Shown: positions 1 through 11,091 of the stretch, in pieces
How the letters are laid out: the number at the start of each line of letters is the position of its first letter
Numbering within the stretch: position 1 is the stretch's first letter
From: Nemertoderma westbladi
Taxonomy: Eukaryota > Animalia > Xenacoelomorpha
Reading direction: 5' to 3'
Assembly: GCA_032718475.1 (NCBI GenBank)
Contig: JAUCBJ010001981.1
Location: 1 to 64,000, forward strand
DNA: 64,000 nt
The notes under the pieces: model-generated
Told to the model about the DNA's origin: nothing
Databases searched by the model: none
The model's input: only the letters and a program-made list of their open reading frames with translations
Translations under genes and position numbers: made by a program

Positions 1-130
1 CCAAGGCTCGCTAACTCTGTGTCTCGCCCCACAGTGCAGGTACATTTTGTGCGCGCCTATTTGCTGAATCGTGACTTTCGACAACTTCCCAAACCGCACA
101 ACCGCCACTTAGCCACCCACAACCCATCAA

Positions 131-2331
131 CTCACTAACTGAAGTTCATCTCGTACTCCTTACTTACTCCGCTCCACGTTGGTTCCACTCACTAACTGAA
201 GTTCATCTCGTACTCCTTACTTACTCCGCTCCACGTTGGTTCCACTCACTAACTGAAGTTCATATCGTACTCCTTAATTACTCCGCTCCACGTTGGTTCC
301 ACTCACTAACTGAAGTTCATCTCGTACTCCTTACTTACTGCACTCCACGTTGGTTCCACTCACTAACTGAAGTTCATCTCGTACTCCTTACTTACTCCGT
401 TCCACGTTGGTTCCACTCACTAACTGAAGTTCATCTCGTACTCCTTACTTACTCCGCTCCACGTTGGTTCCACTCACTAACTGAAGTTCATCTCGTACTC
501 CTTACTTACTCCGCTCCACGTTGGTTCCACTCCCTAACTGAAGTTCGTCTCGTACTCCTTACTTACTCCGCTCCACGTTGGTTCCACTCACTAACTGAAG
601 TTCATCTCGTACTCCTTACTTACTCCGCTCCACGTTGGTTCCACTCACTAACTGAAGTTCATATCGTACTCCTTAATTACTCCGCTCCACGTTGGTTCCA
701 CTCACTAACTGAAGTTCATCTCGTACTCCTTACTTACTGCACTCCACGTTGGTTCCACTCACTAACTGAAGTTCATCTCGTACTCCTTACTTACTCCGTT
801 CCACGTTGGTTCCACTCACTAACTGAAGTTCATCTCGTAATCCTTACTTACTCCGCTCCACGTTGGTTCCACTCACTAACTGAAGTTCATCTCGTACTCC
901 TTACTTACTCCGCTCCACGTTGGTTCCACTCCCTAACTGAAGTTCATCTCGTACTCCTTACTTACTCCGCTCCACGTTGGTTCCACTCACTAACTGAAGT
1001 TAATCTCGTACTCCTTACCTACTCCACTCCACGTTGGTTCCACTCACTAACTGAAGTTCATCTCGTACTCCTTACCTACTCCGCTCCACGTTGGTTCCAC
1101 TCACTAACTGAAGTTAATCTCGTACTCCTTACTTACTCCGCTCCACGTTGGTTCCACTCACTAACTGAAGTTCATCTCGTACTCCTTACTTACTCCGCTC
1201 CACGTTGGTTCCACTCACTAACTGAAGTTCATCTCGTACTCCTTAATTACTCCGCTCCACGTTGGTTCCACTCACTAACTGAAGTTAATCTCGTACTCCT
1301 TACTTACTCCGCTCCACGTTGGTTCCACTCACTAACTGAAGTTCATCTCGTACTCCTTACCTACTCCGCTCCACGTTGGTTCCACTCACTAACTGAAGTT
1401 CATCTCGTACTCCTTACTTACTCCGCTCCACGTTGGTTCCACTCACTAACTGAAGTTCATCTCGTACTCCTTACTTACTCCGCTCCACGTTGGTTCCACT
1501 CACTAACTGAAGTTCATCTCGTACTCCTTACTTACTCCGCTCCACGTTGGTTCCACTCACTAACTGAAGTTCATCTCGTACTCCTTACTTACTCCGCTCC
1601 ACGTTGGTTCCACTCACTAACTGAAGTTCATCTCGTACTCCTTACTTACTCCGCTCCACGTTGGTTCCACTCACTAACTGAAGTTCATCTCGTACTCCTT
1701 ACTTACTCCGCTTTCTGTACATTACATCTTTATCGTTGAGTCGGGCATTGTCACGCTCTCGGTAAAGTTGTACATGTACATAGTGTAATTACGTTTTATA
1801 TTGGTTTTAGGTTAGCGTAGTGTAATATTGTATTTGTAACCAAGTAACATAAAGGACCCCCTTGGAAATAAGCTGCAAAGCTTTAGGGGTAATCCTATAT
1901 GTTATGTTGGACAATACCTTTATACCGGTACATTGTTTGGTGTATTTGTTATTGTTTCTACATAATGTATAAATAAATCTATCTATCTATCCGCTCCACG
2001 TTGGTTCCACTCACTAACTGAAGTTCATCTCGTACTCCTTACTTACTCCGCTCCACGTTGGTTCCACTCACTAACTGAAGTTCATCTCGTACTCCTTACT
2101 TACTCCGCTCCACGTTGGTTCCACTCACTAACTGAAGTTCATCTCGTACTCCTTACTTACTCCGCTCCACGTTGGTTCCACTCACTAACTGAAGTTCATC
2201 TCGTACTCCTTACTTACTCCGCTCCACGTTGGTTCCACTCACTAACTGAAGTTCATCTCGTACTCCTTACCTACTCCGCTCCACGTTGGTTCCACTCACT
2301 AACTGAAGTTCATCTCGTACTCCTTACTTAC
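131..2331 (-). repeat. 57-bp minisatellite, about 34 copies, filling the start of protease intron 3
   Basis: Unit on the - strand is GTAAGTAAGGAGTACGAGATGAACTTCAGTTAGTGAGTGGAACCAACGTGGAGCGGA. The first unit begins at the donor after exon 2332-2419. Interrupted at 1713-1989. Confidence 0.97.
1713..1989 (+). mobile_element. 5'-truncated non-LTR retroelement 3' end (L2/CR1-group type) inserted in the 57-bp array
   Basis: Flanked by duplicated TCCGCT (1707-1712, 1990-1995). Ends in AATAAA followed by a (TCTA)n tail. Contains a stem-loop at 1854-1895. Confidence 0.75.
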
Positions 2332-4792
2332 CTGTGCCGCGTTGACATTGATAGTTTCCTCGTTTCCCTCGTTGTTGTAAAGGTGATGCTCCCCAACTAC
2401 TACTGTGATGCCACTAGTTCTGAAAATGAAAACCAATAAAACACTTTGTCAATACAAATATAATAATTTGATATTAATTATTTTCGAAATTAACAAATTC
2501 TGCTAAATTGTGGAGTTGAATAAAAAAAAAGAAATAAAAGTAACTCTTCACAGTTTTCTGGAAGGTTTGTAGTGTTTTCCCTATGTTTCACGGTTATTAC
2601 TTAAGGTGTGCTGTGCGAGGAGTACATTTATGAATACCAATTTGGAGTAGTGCATGACGTGTTAAATTTCCTGCTGATCAATATTTTCACTGTTTTCCTA
2701 GTGTTTTAATGGTGTTTTCCTAATATTGAACTATCTGTCAGACAATACCATACCAGAGCAGATCGGTCCACCGGCACCAGATCGGCCTACCGGTACCAGA
2801 TCGGCCTACCGCTACGCTACAATTTGATTCTAATCGATTTTGTGACGACCTATATACATACAAACAGAACAGATTTATATAAATTATACTGTCGATTAAT
2901 ACTCACGATTTGATACAATGAGCAGCAGTAACAACAACTTGAGGGTGTACCAAGGTGCCACCACACCAATGCCCGCCATACTGTAAAGTGATTTGCCAAG
3001 GATAAGAACCTGGAACGGCTTCAGATCCACCGACAATCCTTAAATTAACATCAGGTTTAATGGCAGGCACACCACAGCCAAGAGCCCCACCTGTAATTGA
3101 ATGCCACAAGCATTATAGAGCAGTGTGCAAAATCTTGGGTCTAAAATCGATCAGGTTCTCTGTTCGGAGAACAACGAACACATGGCCGACCATGTAGCTA
3201 GTCTGCCGGAGGAAGATGGAGATCATGGGTTTTCTAGGAGGAACCCTACCAGTAAGTAGTCCATGGGCCAGCAGGCGTTGTTTGGGATACTTAAAGGTAA
3301 AAAACCCATCTGGAATTGTATTTTTTGATAAACTTTTCTTTTGTTTTTTCATTTTGATATCGGTGAATCGGTAGCCACCAATACAACACCAAGTCAGTTA
3401 CCGATTCTTATGTGTTATCATATCAAAATGAAGGAAAAAAATCTGTTTAAAAAAATTAGATATATACCGTCTTGGACCATTGACTAAAGATATTCATTCC
3501 TAGTCCCCGCATAAAAATTAATAAAAATAATTTTTCCCATATTGTGTGAAGAGTTTACGGTTCTCTGTCGTCTGTCTACAAGCAATATGAGTGAGGTTTC
3601 CTAGCAACATGACATACATTTAGTATTAAAACTCACTACATTTTTCTCCCTAAAATTAATAACTTTGCGCAAAAAAAGTATTTTGTCTCTATAAATTTAA
3701 TTACTATCCGCAAAAAATGTATTTATTTTCCCTAGAAAGTAGCGTGAAAAAATTAATTTATTATCTCTAAAATTAACGAGAAATAATTTATTTATTCTCA
3801 CTTAATCTAGTTTATCTTTATTAATTAATAAATTTTTTCTCGCCACTTATAAGTATAATAAATTCATTTTTCACGCTATTTCTAGGAAGAATAAATTATC
3901 TTTGCATCTACAGTATATTTACCGGATATTGGTTTTAATAACGAGTTTCGTTTAATTCTATTTGAGATTTATCGAGTTTCATTTTCGGCCAATCAGAGCG
4001 TCCCAATCCTAGACCCCCGGTCGAACAGGATCTTGGCCCAACCAGGGTGTTGAGACTAAGGCTAAGGTGAGAGATGTCCCTATCGAGTATGGACGAGTTT
4101 CGTTTAATTCTATTTGAGATTTATCGAGTTTCAGTTACGGCCAATCAGAGCGTCCCAATCCTAGACCCCCGGTCCAACAGGATCTTGGCCCAACCAGGGT
4201 GTTGAGACTAAGGCTAAGGTGAGGGATGTCCGTATCGAGTATGGACGAGTTTCGTTTAATTCTATTTGAGATTTATCGAGTTTCAGTTACGGCCAATCAG
4301 AGCGTCCCAATCCTAGACCCCCGGTCCAACAGGATCTTGGCCCAACCAGGGTGTTGAGGCTAAGGCTAAGGTGAGGGATGTCCGTATCGAGTATGGACGA
4401 GTTTCGTTTAATTCTATTTGAGATTTATCGAGTTTCAGTTACGGCCAATCAGAGCGTCCCAATCCTAGACCCCCGGTCCAACAGGATCTTAGCCCAACCA
4501 GGGTGTTGAGGCTAAGGCTAAGGTGAGGGATGTCCCTATCGAGTATGGATCGCCCCTTGGGTCTAAAATTTGTGAGTGACCATACATTTGGCCTAATGTA
4601 TCTGTGGTCAAAAAAATCAGTAAAATCGTTAGAGCCGTTTCAAATTTGATCACTCACTCACTCAGTCAGTAACTCTTTGTCAACACGGTTATATTTTCTA
4701 GGATTCCTTACAGAAAATAAAAAGTAACCTGGCGGTTCCTAAGCATTGGAAAACTTACCAAGGAATAGAGTTATACCAATAAAAGACAGCAT
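2332..4792 (-). CDS. Trypsin/chymotrypsin-family (S1A) serine protease, 5' exons only; gene continues beyond the left edge
   Basis: Exons 4759-4792 (ATG, signal-peptide-like [12 protein letters not shown]), 2907-3090 (CGVPAIKP..R|IVGG activation site, WCGGTL, TAAHC catalytic His motif) and 2332-2419 ([15 protein letters not shown]). GT-AG boundaries with consistent phases 1,2,0. Catalytic Asp/Ser exons are not in the window. Confidence 0.9.
3941..4548. repeat. 152-bp tandem repeat, 4 copies, in protease intron 1
   Basis: ACGAGTTTCG recurs at 3941, 4093, 4245 and 4397. Each unit contains GGCCAATCAG. Followed by a (CACT)n microsatellite at about 4650. Confidence 0.95.
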
Positions 4793-6557
4793 TGTCAGTT
4801 TCTAATATCGTTAGTTTGTGAGAATAGTTAAAAATGTTTTACAACAACTGATGCCCATTTCTTACATTTTAGCCTATTTATTATAATTATGTGTGAATCA
4901 AACATATTTGGTGAACATGTAAGTGCTAATTGACGTTTTGATAACAAATATAAAACATGTATTGAAATGCGTCTGTAGCAGGATAATAGGGGAAATATAC
5001 TACAGTTTAATGGGGCGTTCTATTTATGGTAATGTTTGCATAATGTATGCATAATTTTATAATAATTAGGCCTTTATGTTATTTAGTTGTACAAATGCTA
5101 CCTAATAAATCTACTGTGAGCTGTCAGAACTGTCAAACTGTGTGAGGAGTGAGCCAACAAAGAAAGGTTAGGCTCGTTTTCAAAAAATGTCTTAGAGTAT
5201 ATGAGAGTTTACAACAATAATGGTTCCTACCATCTTCCACCTCCCGCACCTTACTTACCACACATTCACGTCTTCTAATCCCCACCCCTCCCCACCAAAC
5301 CTCCTTAACGCAAACCCGCACACACTAAACTCACCCAATTCTTCTATCACACTCACCCACCTTCTAAGCCCAAATCTCCACAGAACCGCCCACCTCCCCC
5401 CCATCCACTCATCAATCTTCCTTCCCCTCCATACAACACCTACCACTCACCCATTGCAGCTAAGATTGTACAATATTGCCTATAAGTACAGTACACATAA
5501 GAAACGAGGTGTTATACATCTATGGCAACATGTTATTGCCAAGACCCAGCATCACCCTGCAGTGCCCCGTCTGTAGCTTGCTGGACACTGTTTCTACAAA
5601 CAACTTTACGCAATGGCGGCCTGCTGATGCTGGCGATAATAGGTATGGTGCACAGCCAATGACTTTCCCCCCAGCGACTGCCCAAGCCGTAGAAACATAG
5701 CGGAAGGGTGTCGGCTAAGTCTGCCGACACTGCACATTAGTGCCAGCGGATCATCCAATCCATCCACCGACCCACTCCTTCCAAACCGCCGCCCATACCC
5801 TCTACCCACCAGATACAGTTAGAGAGTAATCAGCTGTTATTTGCGCCTAATTTCCCCTGGAGAGGGATGAATTTTTATTGCGTCCAGTCCCCCCCCCCCC
5901 CCCCCCCCTCCCCCCATCGCGCATACCGATACTAATTCGTTTTGGTTAGATTCAGCCCGTAACCTGGGTTTTTTTTTAAATTTAGTATTATTCACAAATA
6001 TCAGCAAAAAGTGGGGTATACTGCACAGCACATGGGTCAATTCACGAACCCACATTCTAGCCCAATAAACCTACCCACTCTCCCACCCACTTTTCAGCCT
6101 TGAAACAATCAGACAATATAACCCACATAAAATCCCACCTTTCGTTTACCGACATACCCAAAATTAACCCATCCACATCCACCTTTTAATGCCCATTTTT
6201 GTACTCCAAAAAATAAAACTGTAATAACGTCAAGATTGTCCTGTTTCATTTAAGTAGCAATTCTGTACTTCCCAATAGCTAAACGTTCCAGAACAATGTA
6301 TCAACGTTCAGACTGTCAGAGGAAACGGGGTGTTAAGAATTCAATCATACAACATTGACGTAGGTCAATAATTGTCGGTATAGGTCAATTCTTTACCGGA
6401 GTGTACCGGTACTGTTGTACCAGTACCGTACAGTAGTTGTGTGTAGTATGGTAGGCTTACTGTTGCAACCTGGATTCTTGACTATTACTGGAAATCGAAC
6501 ACCCTACATCAACAGTTCCATCTACTGATATATGCTGTGTCTCCTAATACAGTAATA

Positions 6558-7553
6558 ATGTCGAATTGGAAAGCATTGCAAGAAAAAATGGCGTTAGATA
6601 AGAAACCTCACTTAAAGGTGAAGAAGAGTCATCAAAGTATCACAAAATCGTCTCGGCAGCAGAAACAAACTGCATCAAAAAGAAGCATTGAGCCCGAAAT
6701 GTCCAGCGCTTTTAAGGGCTCAAATTATTCCAAGAGACGAAGATTCAACATGTCTGATCGGAATGGAGTTTCCATTCAATCAACCGATAAAGACGAGGAC
6801 GATTCTCTGTGGTTTCTGGACGATGTGAGTGTAGATGACATCGAGATGACATTAGGAGCTGAGGTTGCGAATCGCGCCCGTAAAAAACTAGCGCTGGGAG
6901 GTACCGGTAGCTGCACCGTGTCGAATAATACTGAATCGAAGGTAGTTGTAGATACTACTATCGGTACATTAAAGGTAGGCCTACCTTGTAAAGGGACTGA
7001 CTTGGTGACAGATAGCAGATACATCGGTTTAGATTGTGAGATGGTGGGAACTGGTGCTGAAGGAAAGGATAATATGCTAGCTCGCGTCTCATTGGTTGAC
7101 TCGGAGGGCCGTTGTATTTACGATAAATACGTTAAACCGCGAGATATCGTTACTGATTACCGAACCAACGTCAGCGGAATATCGAGAGAGACTTTAGTGA
7201 ACGCTGAGCCCTTCGAAAGAGTTCAGAAAGAAGTGTCGGACCTCATTAACAATAGGATTCTAGTCGGTCACTCTATAGGCAACGACTTGAAGGTTCTGCT
7301 ACTTTCCCATCCAAAGAACCGAATTCGTGATACACAAAATTTCAAACCCTTTAGGGATCGAAGTAAAACGGATAAACCATCGCTTAGCAAACTGGCCAAG
7401 ATTTACTTACGTACGACTATCCATACTCGTATAAAGTCCCACGACAGTGTGGAGGACGCCCGAGTGGCGATGTCTCTGTACAGACTGGTGCGCAAGGATT
7501 GGGAATCACTGAATAAATCATTTAAAGTTAAACATCGCAGGAAACCCAGATGA
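6558..7553 (+). CDS. REXO4: RNA exonuclease 4 (DEDDh), intronless
   Basis: N-terminal SNWKALQE motif, then DCEMVG, LARVSLV, YRTNVSGI, GHSIGNDLKVL and HDSVEDA. First in-frame ATG at 6558; AATAAA at about 7690. Confidence 0.92.
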   Translation: MSNWKALQEKMALDKKPHLKVKKSHQSITKSSRQQKQTASKRSIEPEMSSAFKGSNYSKRRRFNMSDRNGVSIQSTDKDEDDSLWFLDDVSVDDIEMTLGAEVANRARKKLALGGTGSCTVSNNTESKVVVDTTIGTLKVGLPCKGTDLVTDSRYIGLDCEMVGTGAEGKDNMLARVSLVDSEGRCIYDKYVKPRDIVTDYRTNVSGISRETLVNAEPFERVQKEVSDLINNRILVGHSIGNDLKVLLLSHPKNRIRDTQNFKPFRDRSKTDKPSLSKLAKIYLRTTIHTRIKSHDSVEDARVAMSLYRLVRKDWESLNKSFKVKHRRKPR

Positions 7554-8091
7554 GAACCATATTCTTCTATATAGTTCCAATTATTATTTTGTTTAGCCCT
7601 CACTCCCACCTCGTTATCTACAGTTGTTGTAGTTATACAACCTTGTGTAATGTGATTGATTAAATAATATATATATAAAGTTACCATTGAAATAAATTTA
7701 ATTTAAAGACGAACTTTCTTTCGTGAAATTTTTAAAATTAAAGGAATTTATATCGAGTGTTTATCACTACACCCTCTTTTTAATACCAAAATAATAGGCC
7801 AATACAAGATTATTTAATAACTAATAATATGTATAACTAAATAAATTATATTCTGTTAGTATTTACATTGCTTATGAATTATAGTACCATAATTAATTAA
7901 TTACCATAATTTTTCATTACAGTTCATTGTTGATGCTCATAGATATATCAAAAACTTCTATCAGTTTGGTTATTTAGGAAATATTAAATAAACTGGCAGA
8001 CTGGCTACATATTATTAACTTAAATTTATAATGACGGCCAGACGATTTTACTAATAAAGGTTTATTTACAATAACCAAATCAAAGATTGAC

Positions 8092-9369
8092 ATGTGGTTA
8101 TTTGAATTATTTTCTAATCTGATGGCCCAGAACCAAGTGTTTGGGGGCGGTTGCGGGCTGGCCGGTCTCGGAATGGCGGGGATGGCCGCCAAGAGACTAG
8201 CCAATCTGGGCGGGGTGGCCGCGAAGAGGCGCTACCAACTCCAGCTGGAGGTAACCAGTCGGGACAAGAGCTACCAATGGGTGTTGCTATGGGTGACCCG
8301 TACCGCTACCAGCACCCAGCACCTGAGTGTTGAGACCCGATATAGCCAGACGGACTCAGGCAGGGTGCACACCACGTTCGAACTGGTGCCCAGCCCAGGT
8401 ACCCACTTCTTTTGGTACCAAAATAAAATCCTAACAGTGGAGAGAACTCGAGAGAAACAACTGATCGATTTGCAACGATCTATTCCTTTCGAAACTGTCG
8501 TTCTCACCACATGGGGCCGCGATAAATCGTTATTTATCGATATTTTAGAGGAAGCTAGAAAGGAAGCTTTATTACTTACTGAGGGTTTTACTTTAACTTA
8601 CGTTGCAGTTGGTGGACACGAGTGGCGTTCTATAGGAGAACCCCGGACTATTCGTCCTTTGAGTTCGGTCGTTTTATCCGCCGGGGTCTCGGAGAGTTTA
8701 GTTTCCGACGTGCGGGAATTCCTCGAGTCTTCCCGATGGTATCTGGACCGCGGGATTCCGTACCGCAGGGGTTACCTCCTGTACGGGCCGCCAGGCTGTG
8801 GTAAGACGAGTTTCGTAACGGCGCTCGCCGGGGCGATTAACTACTCGATTTGCACGCTGAATGTAGGGGATCCCAGTATGACGGACGATAGATTAGCTCA
8901 TCTACTAACCGCGGCTCCGAGGGACAGTTTAATTCTTCTCGAAGACATCGACGCCGCCGGGGTTTACCGTCCTAGCAACAACGCTACAGACGAACTCCGT
9001 TACCAAGGACTCACACGACTCACCTTCAGCGGTTTACTCAACGCGTTAGATGGGGTCACTTCCTCGGACGGACGACTTCTCTTTATGACGACCAACTTCG
9101 TAGAGCGATTGGACCCGGCGATAATCCGTCCGGGTCGTGTCGACGTCCGCCAGTCTATCGGGTTCGCCTCCCCGGAAGTCGTCGTCGCGATGTTCGCCAA
9201 CTTCTACCCGACGGCTCATCCCGAACTCCCGTTGCGTTTCGCCGCCGCCGTTGTCGGCCCAGGTACCGGTTTATCGGCAGCCCAACTTCAGTCCCATTTA
9301 TTGAACTATAAAGACGACCCCGAAGGAGCCGTTACTAATGCCGCTAACGTTCATAAACAAACATCGTAG
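8092..9369 (+). CDS. BCS1L: Mitochondrial chaperone BCS1 (AAA ATPase), intronless
   Basis: N-terminal NQVFGGG..L..G and BCS1_N region, WY..RGIPYRRGYLLYGPPGCGKTS (Walker A), LLEDID (Walker B), TFSGLLNALDG, RPGRVD. Confidence 0.96.
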   Translation: MWLFELFSNLMAQNQVFGGGCGLAGLGMAGMAAKRLANLGGVAAKRRYQLQLEVTSRDKSYQWVLLWVTRTATSTQHLSVETRYSQTDSGRVHTTFELVPSPGTHFFWYQNKILTVERTREKQLIDLQRSIPFETVVLTTWGRDKSLFIDILEEARKEALLLTEGFTLTYVAVGGHEWRSIGEPRTIRPLSSVVLSAGVSESLVSDVREFLESSRWYLDRGIPYRRGYLLYGPPGCGKTSFVTALAGAINYSICTLNVGDPSMTDDRLAHLLTAAPRDSLILLEDIDAAGVYRPSNNATDELRYQGLTRLTFSGLLNALDGVTSSDGRLLFMTTNFVERLDPAIIRPGRVDVRQSIGFASPEVVVAMFANFYPTAHPELPLRFAAAVVGPGTGLSAAQLQSHLLNYKDDPEGAVTNAANVHKQTS

Positions 9370-10182
9370 TGGTTCCCGTAGTAACTGAGTAGCATATGAC
9401 CTTTTTGCCCATCACTACTTTTACTCACAATAATGTACGCGATTTCATTATTTTTTATTTTAAATAATAAAAAGTAATTTTTATATAAAATTACTTGCCA
9501 ACAACTTCAGCAACCAGTTTATAGAGTTCCACTAAGTGCTATAAAGCTTAAAATCCATGACATAAACGTAATTATTATGGTGTGAAATTTTTAATGTGAT
9601 TAAATTAATATCCAATATTTTACCAATCAGTTTAATAAAATTAATCATTACCTGGAACCTGGAAGGACCAGTTGTCTAAAGCACCCTCATAGCGGAGTAG
9701 ATTTAAACTCCCTCGCTGCGCTCGTTCGGTACTTAGATACACTCGTCTCATAACGTTCTCACAATGATGTACGCTGTTTTTTTTACATTGTCATGTCAAC
9801 TTATCGGGGTTCCACTCTCTTAATTAATCACTTTAATATTATTACGATAATTAGGAATATTACTGAAATTCTTATTAATTTGATGCAAGTAATTAATTGT
9901 AGTTTTACAACAACCTAGTGATTACTTTGCAGCGTTCAATTCTATAAGCCGAAAGTGCTTGATAAGTTGACATAATGTTGACAAATTTCTAAAACACCCA
10001 CCGTGTAGTAGTTCTAGTAGAGTGAGTGAATTGAGTGAGGTTTTACTTTGTGCAATGCAATTTAGTGTTACAGTATATATTCCAAAAATAGTAAATGATT
10101 CAATAAACGAAAAATTGTTTGTTTATTTTGCAATTGGTAGGGCAAAACTGAAATGTGTTAATCGTATCAACTATCACTTATT

Positions 10183-10546
10183 TATGGTGGCACTGAAGGG
10201 TCACTTTTAGACAATATATTTTTATATTTTGCTTAAAACGAATGTTAAGACCGAAAAAGGTCTTAAACTTCTTATTACGAATTTTTTTTATTTGGTTGTT
10301 TTTTTTCTTTTATTTGGTTTGAAAATTACGAAAAATACGAATTTTAAGACCTTTTTTATTTGGTCTTAAAGTTTGTAATACTAAGTTTTTGACCTTTTAT
10401 GGTCTTAAAGTTTGTAATACGAAGTTTAAGACCTTTTATGGTCTTAAAGTTTGTAATACGAAGTTTAAGACCTTTTTTGGTCTTAATATTCGTTTCAAGC
10501 AAAATATATAAAAATATTACCTAGGTGGTCCTCCAGTGCCACCATA
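10183..10546. mobile_element. MITE with about 70-bp imperfect terminal inverted repeats
   Basis: TATGGTGGCACTGAAGG... pairs with ...CCTCCAGTGCCACCATA. Internal GGTCTTAAAGTTTGTAATAC repeats. Confidence 0.75.
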
Positions 10547-10659
10547 CTTATCGTCTGCGTAAACAAGCAGTGTCTGTTGGTTGTTATACAGTATCTTTTG
10601 TATCAGATGATGTCGAACCATAATAATTAATCCATAAAAAAAAATCCAAAAAAAAAAAT

Positions 10660-10900
10660 TTAATTTGAATAACGCACAAAGTCTGAGGACTTATTTCCAG
10701 TGCGGTCCCCCCAGAACTATACTCCCCAGAGGAGACTCGAATACTCATTTAGCTACCACCATATAAGAATACAAGGCAGAGGCTGGCTAGTCCCTTCAAA
10801 GCATTAGTGCCGAAACGATAACTGCCTTGCCCCCATGCGGGGTTGAACCCACAACCTCCGAGAGATGTGAACTCAATGCAACCACCTCACCACGGTAGGC
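10660..10900 (-). mobile_element. tRNA-derived SINE
   Basis: On the - strand: A-box-like GTGGTGAGGTGG, B-box GGTTCAACCC, and a 3' stem-loop (10667-10709) matching the retroelement tail at 1854-1895. Confidence 0.65.
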
Positions 10901-11091
10901 CTTTGATGATAAGATACTGATATTCGGTTTGCACTTAGGTGTTGGCTCAGTAACATGCGACCCTTGAGTTAGTAAGTAAGCAAGATAAAATATTTAAATT
11001 AACCCACGATTTAACATTTAACTAATAATAAAGCGATTAAATTGTGTATTTTAGGTCTGGTCGTTCTCAGCAACCCTTAGAAGACGATTTT

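Noticed and set aside
5133-6055. Overlapping short ORFs in a C-rich region
   Set aside because: Low-complexity, no recognisable domain; probably repeat-derived or intergenic.
10830-10900. tRNA gene
   Set aside because: A/B boxes are present but there is no convincing cloverleaf, and it continues into a SINE body and tail. The same applies to about 23735-23818 and 49130-49185.
10940-10975. Upstream coding exon of FBF1 with ATG at about 10955
   Set aside because: The candidate donors checked join to 11055 with an early stop; at most a 5' UTR exon.
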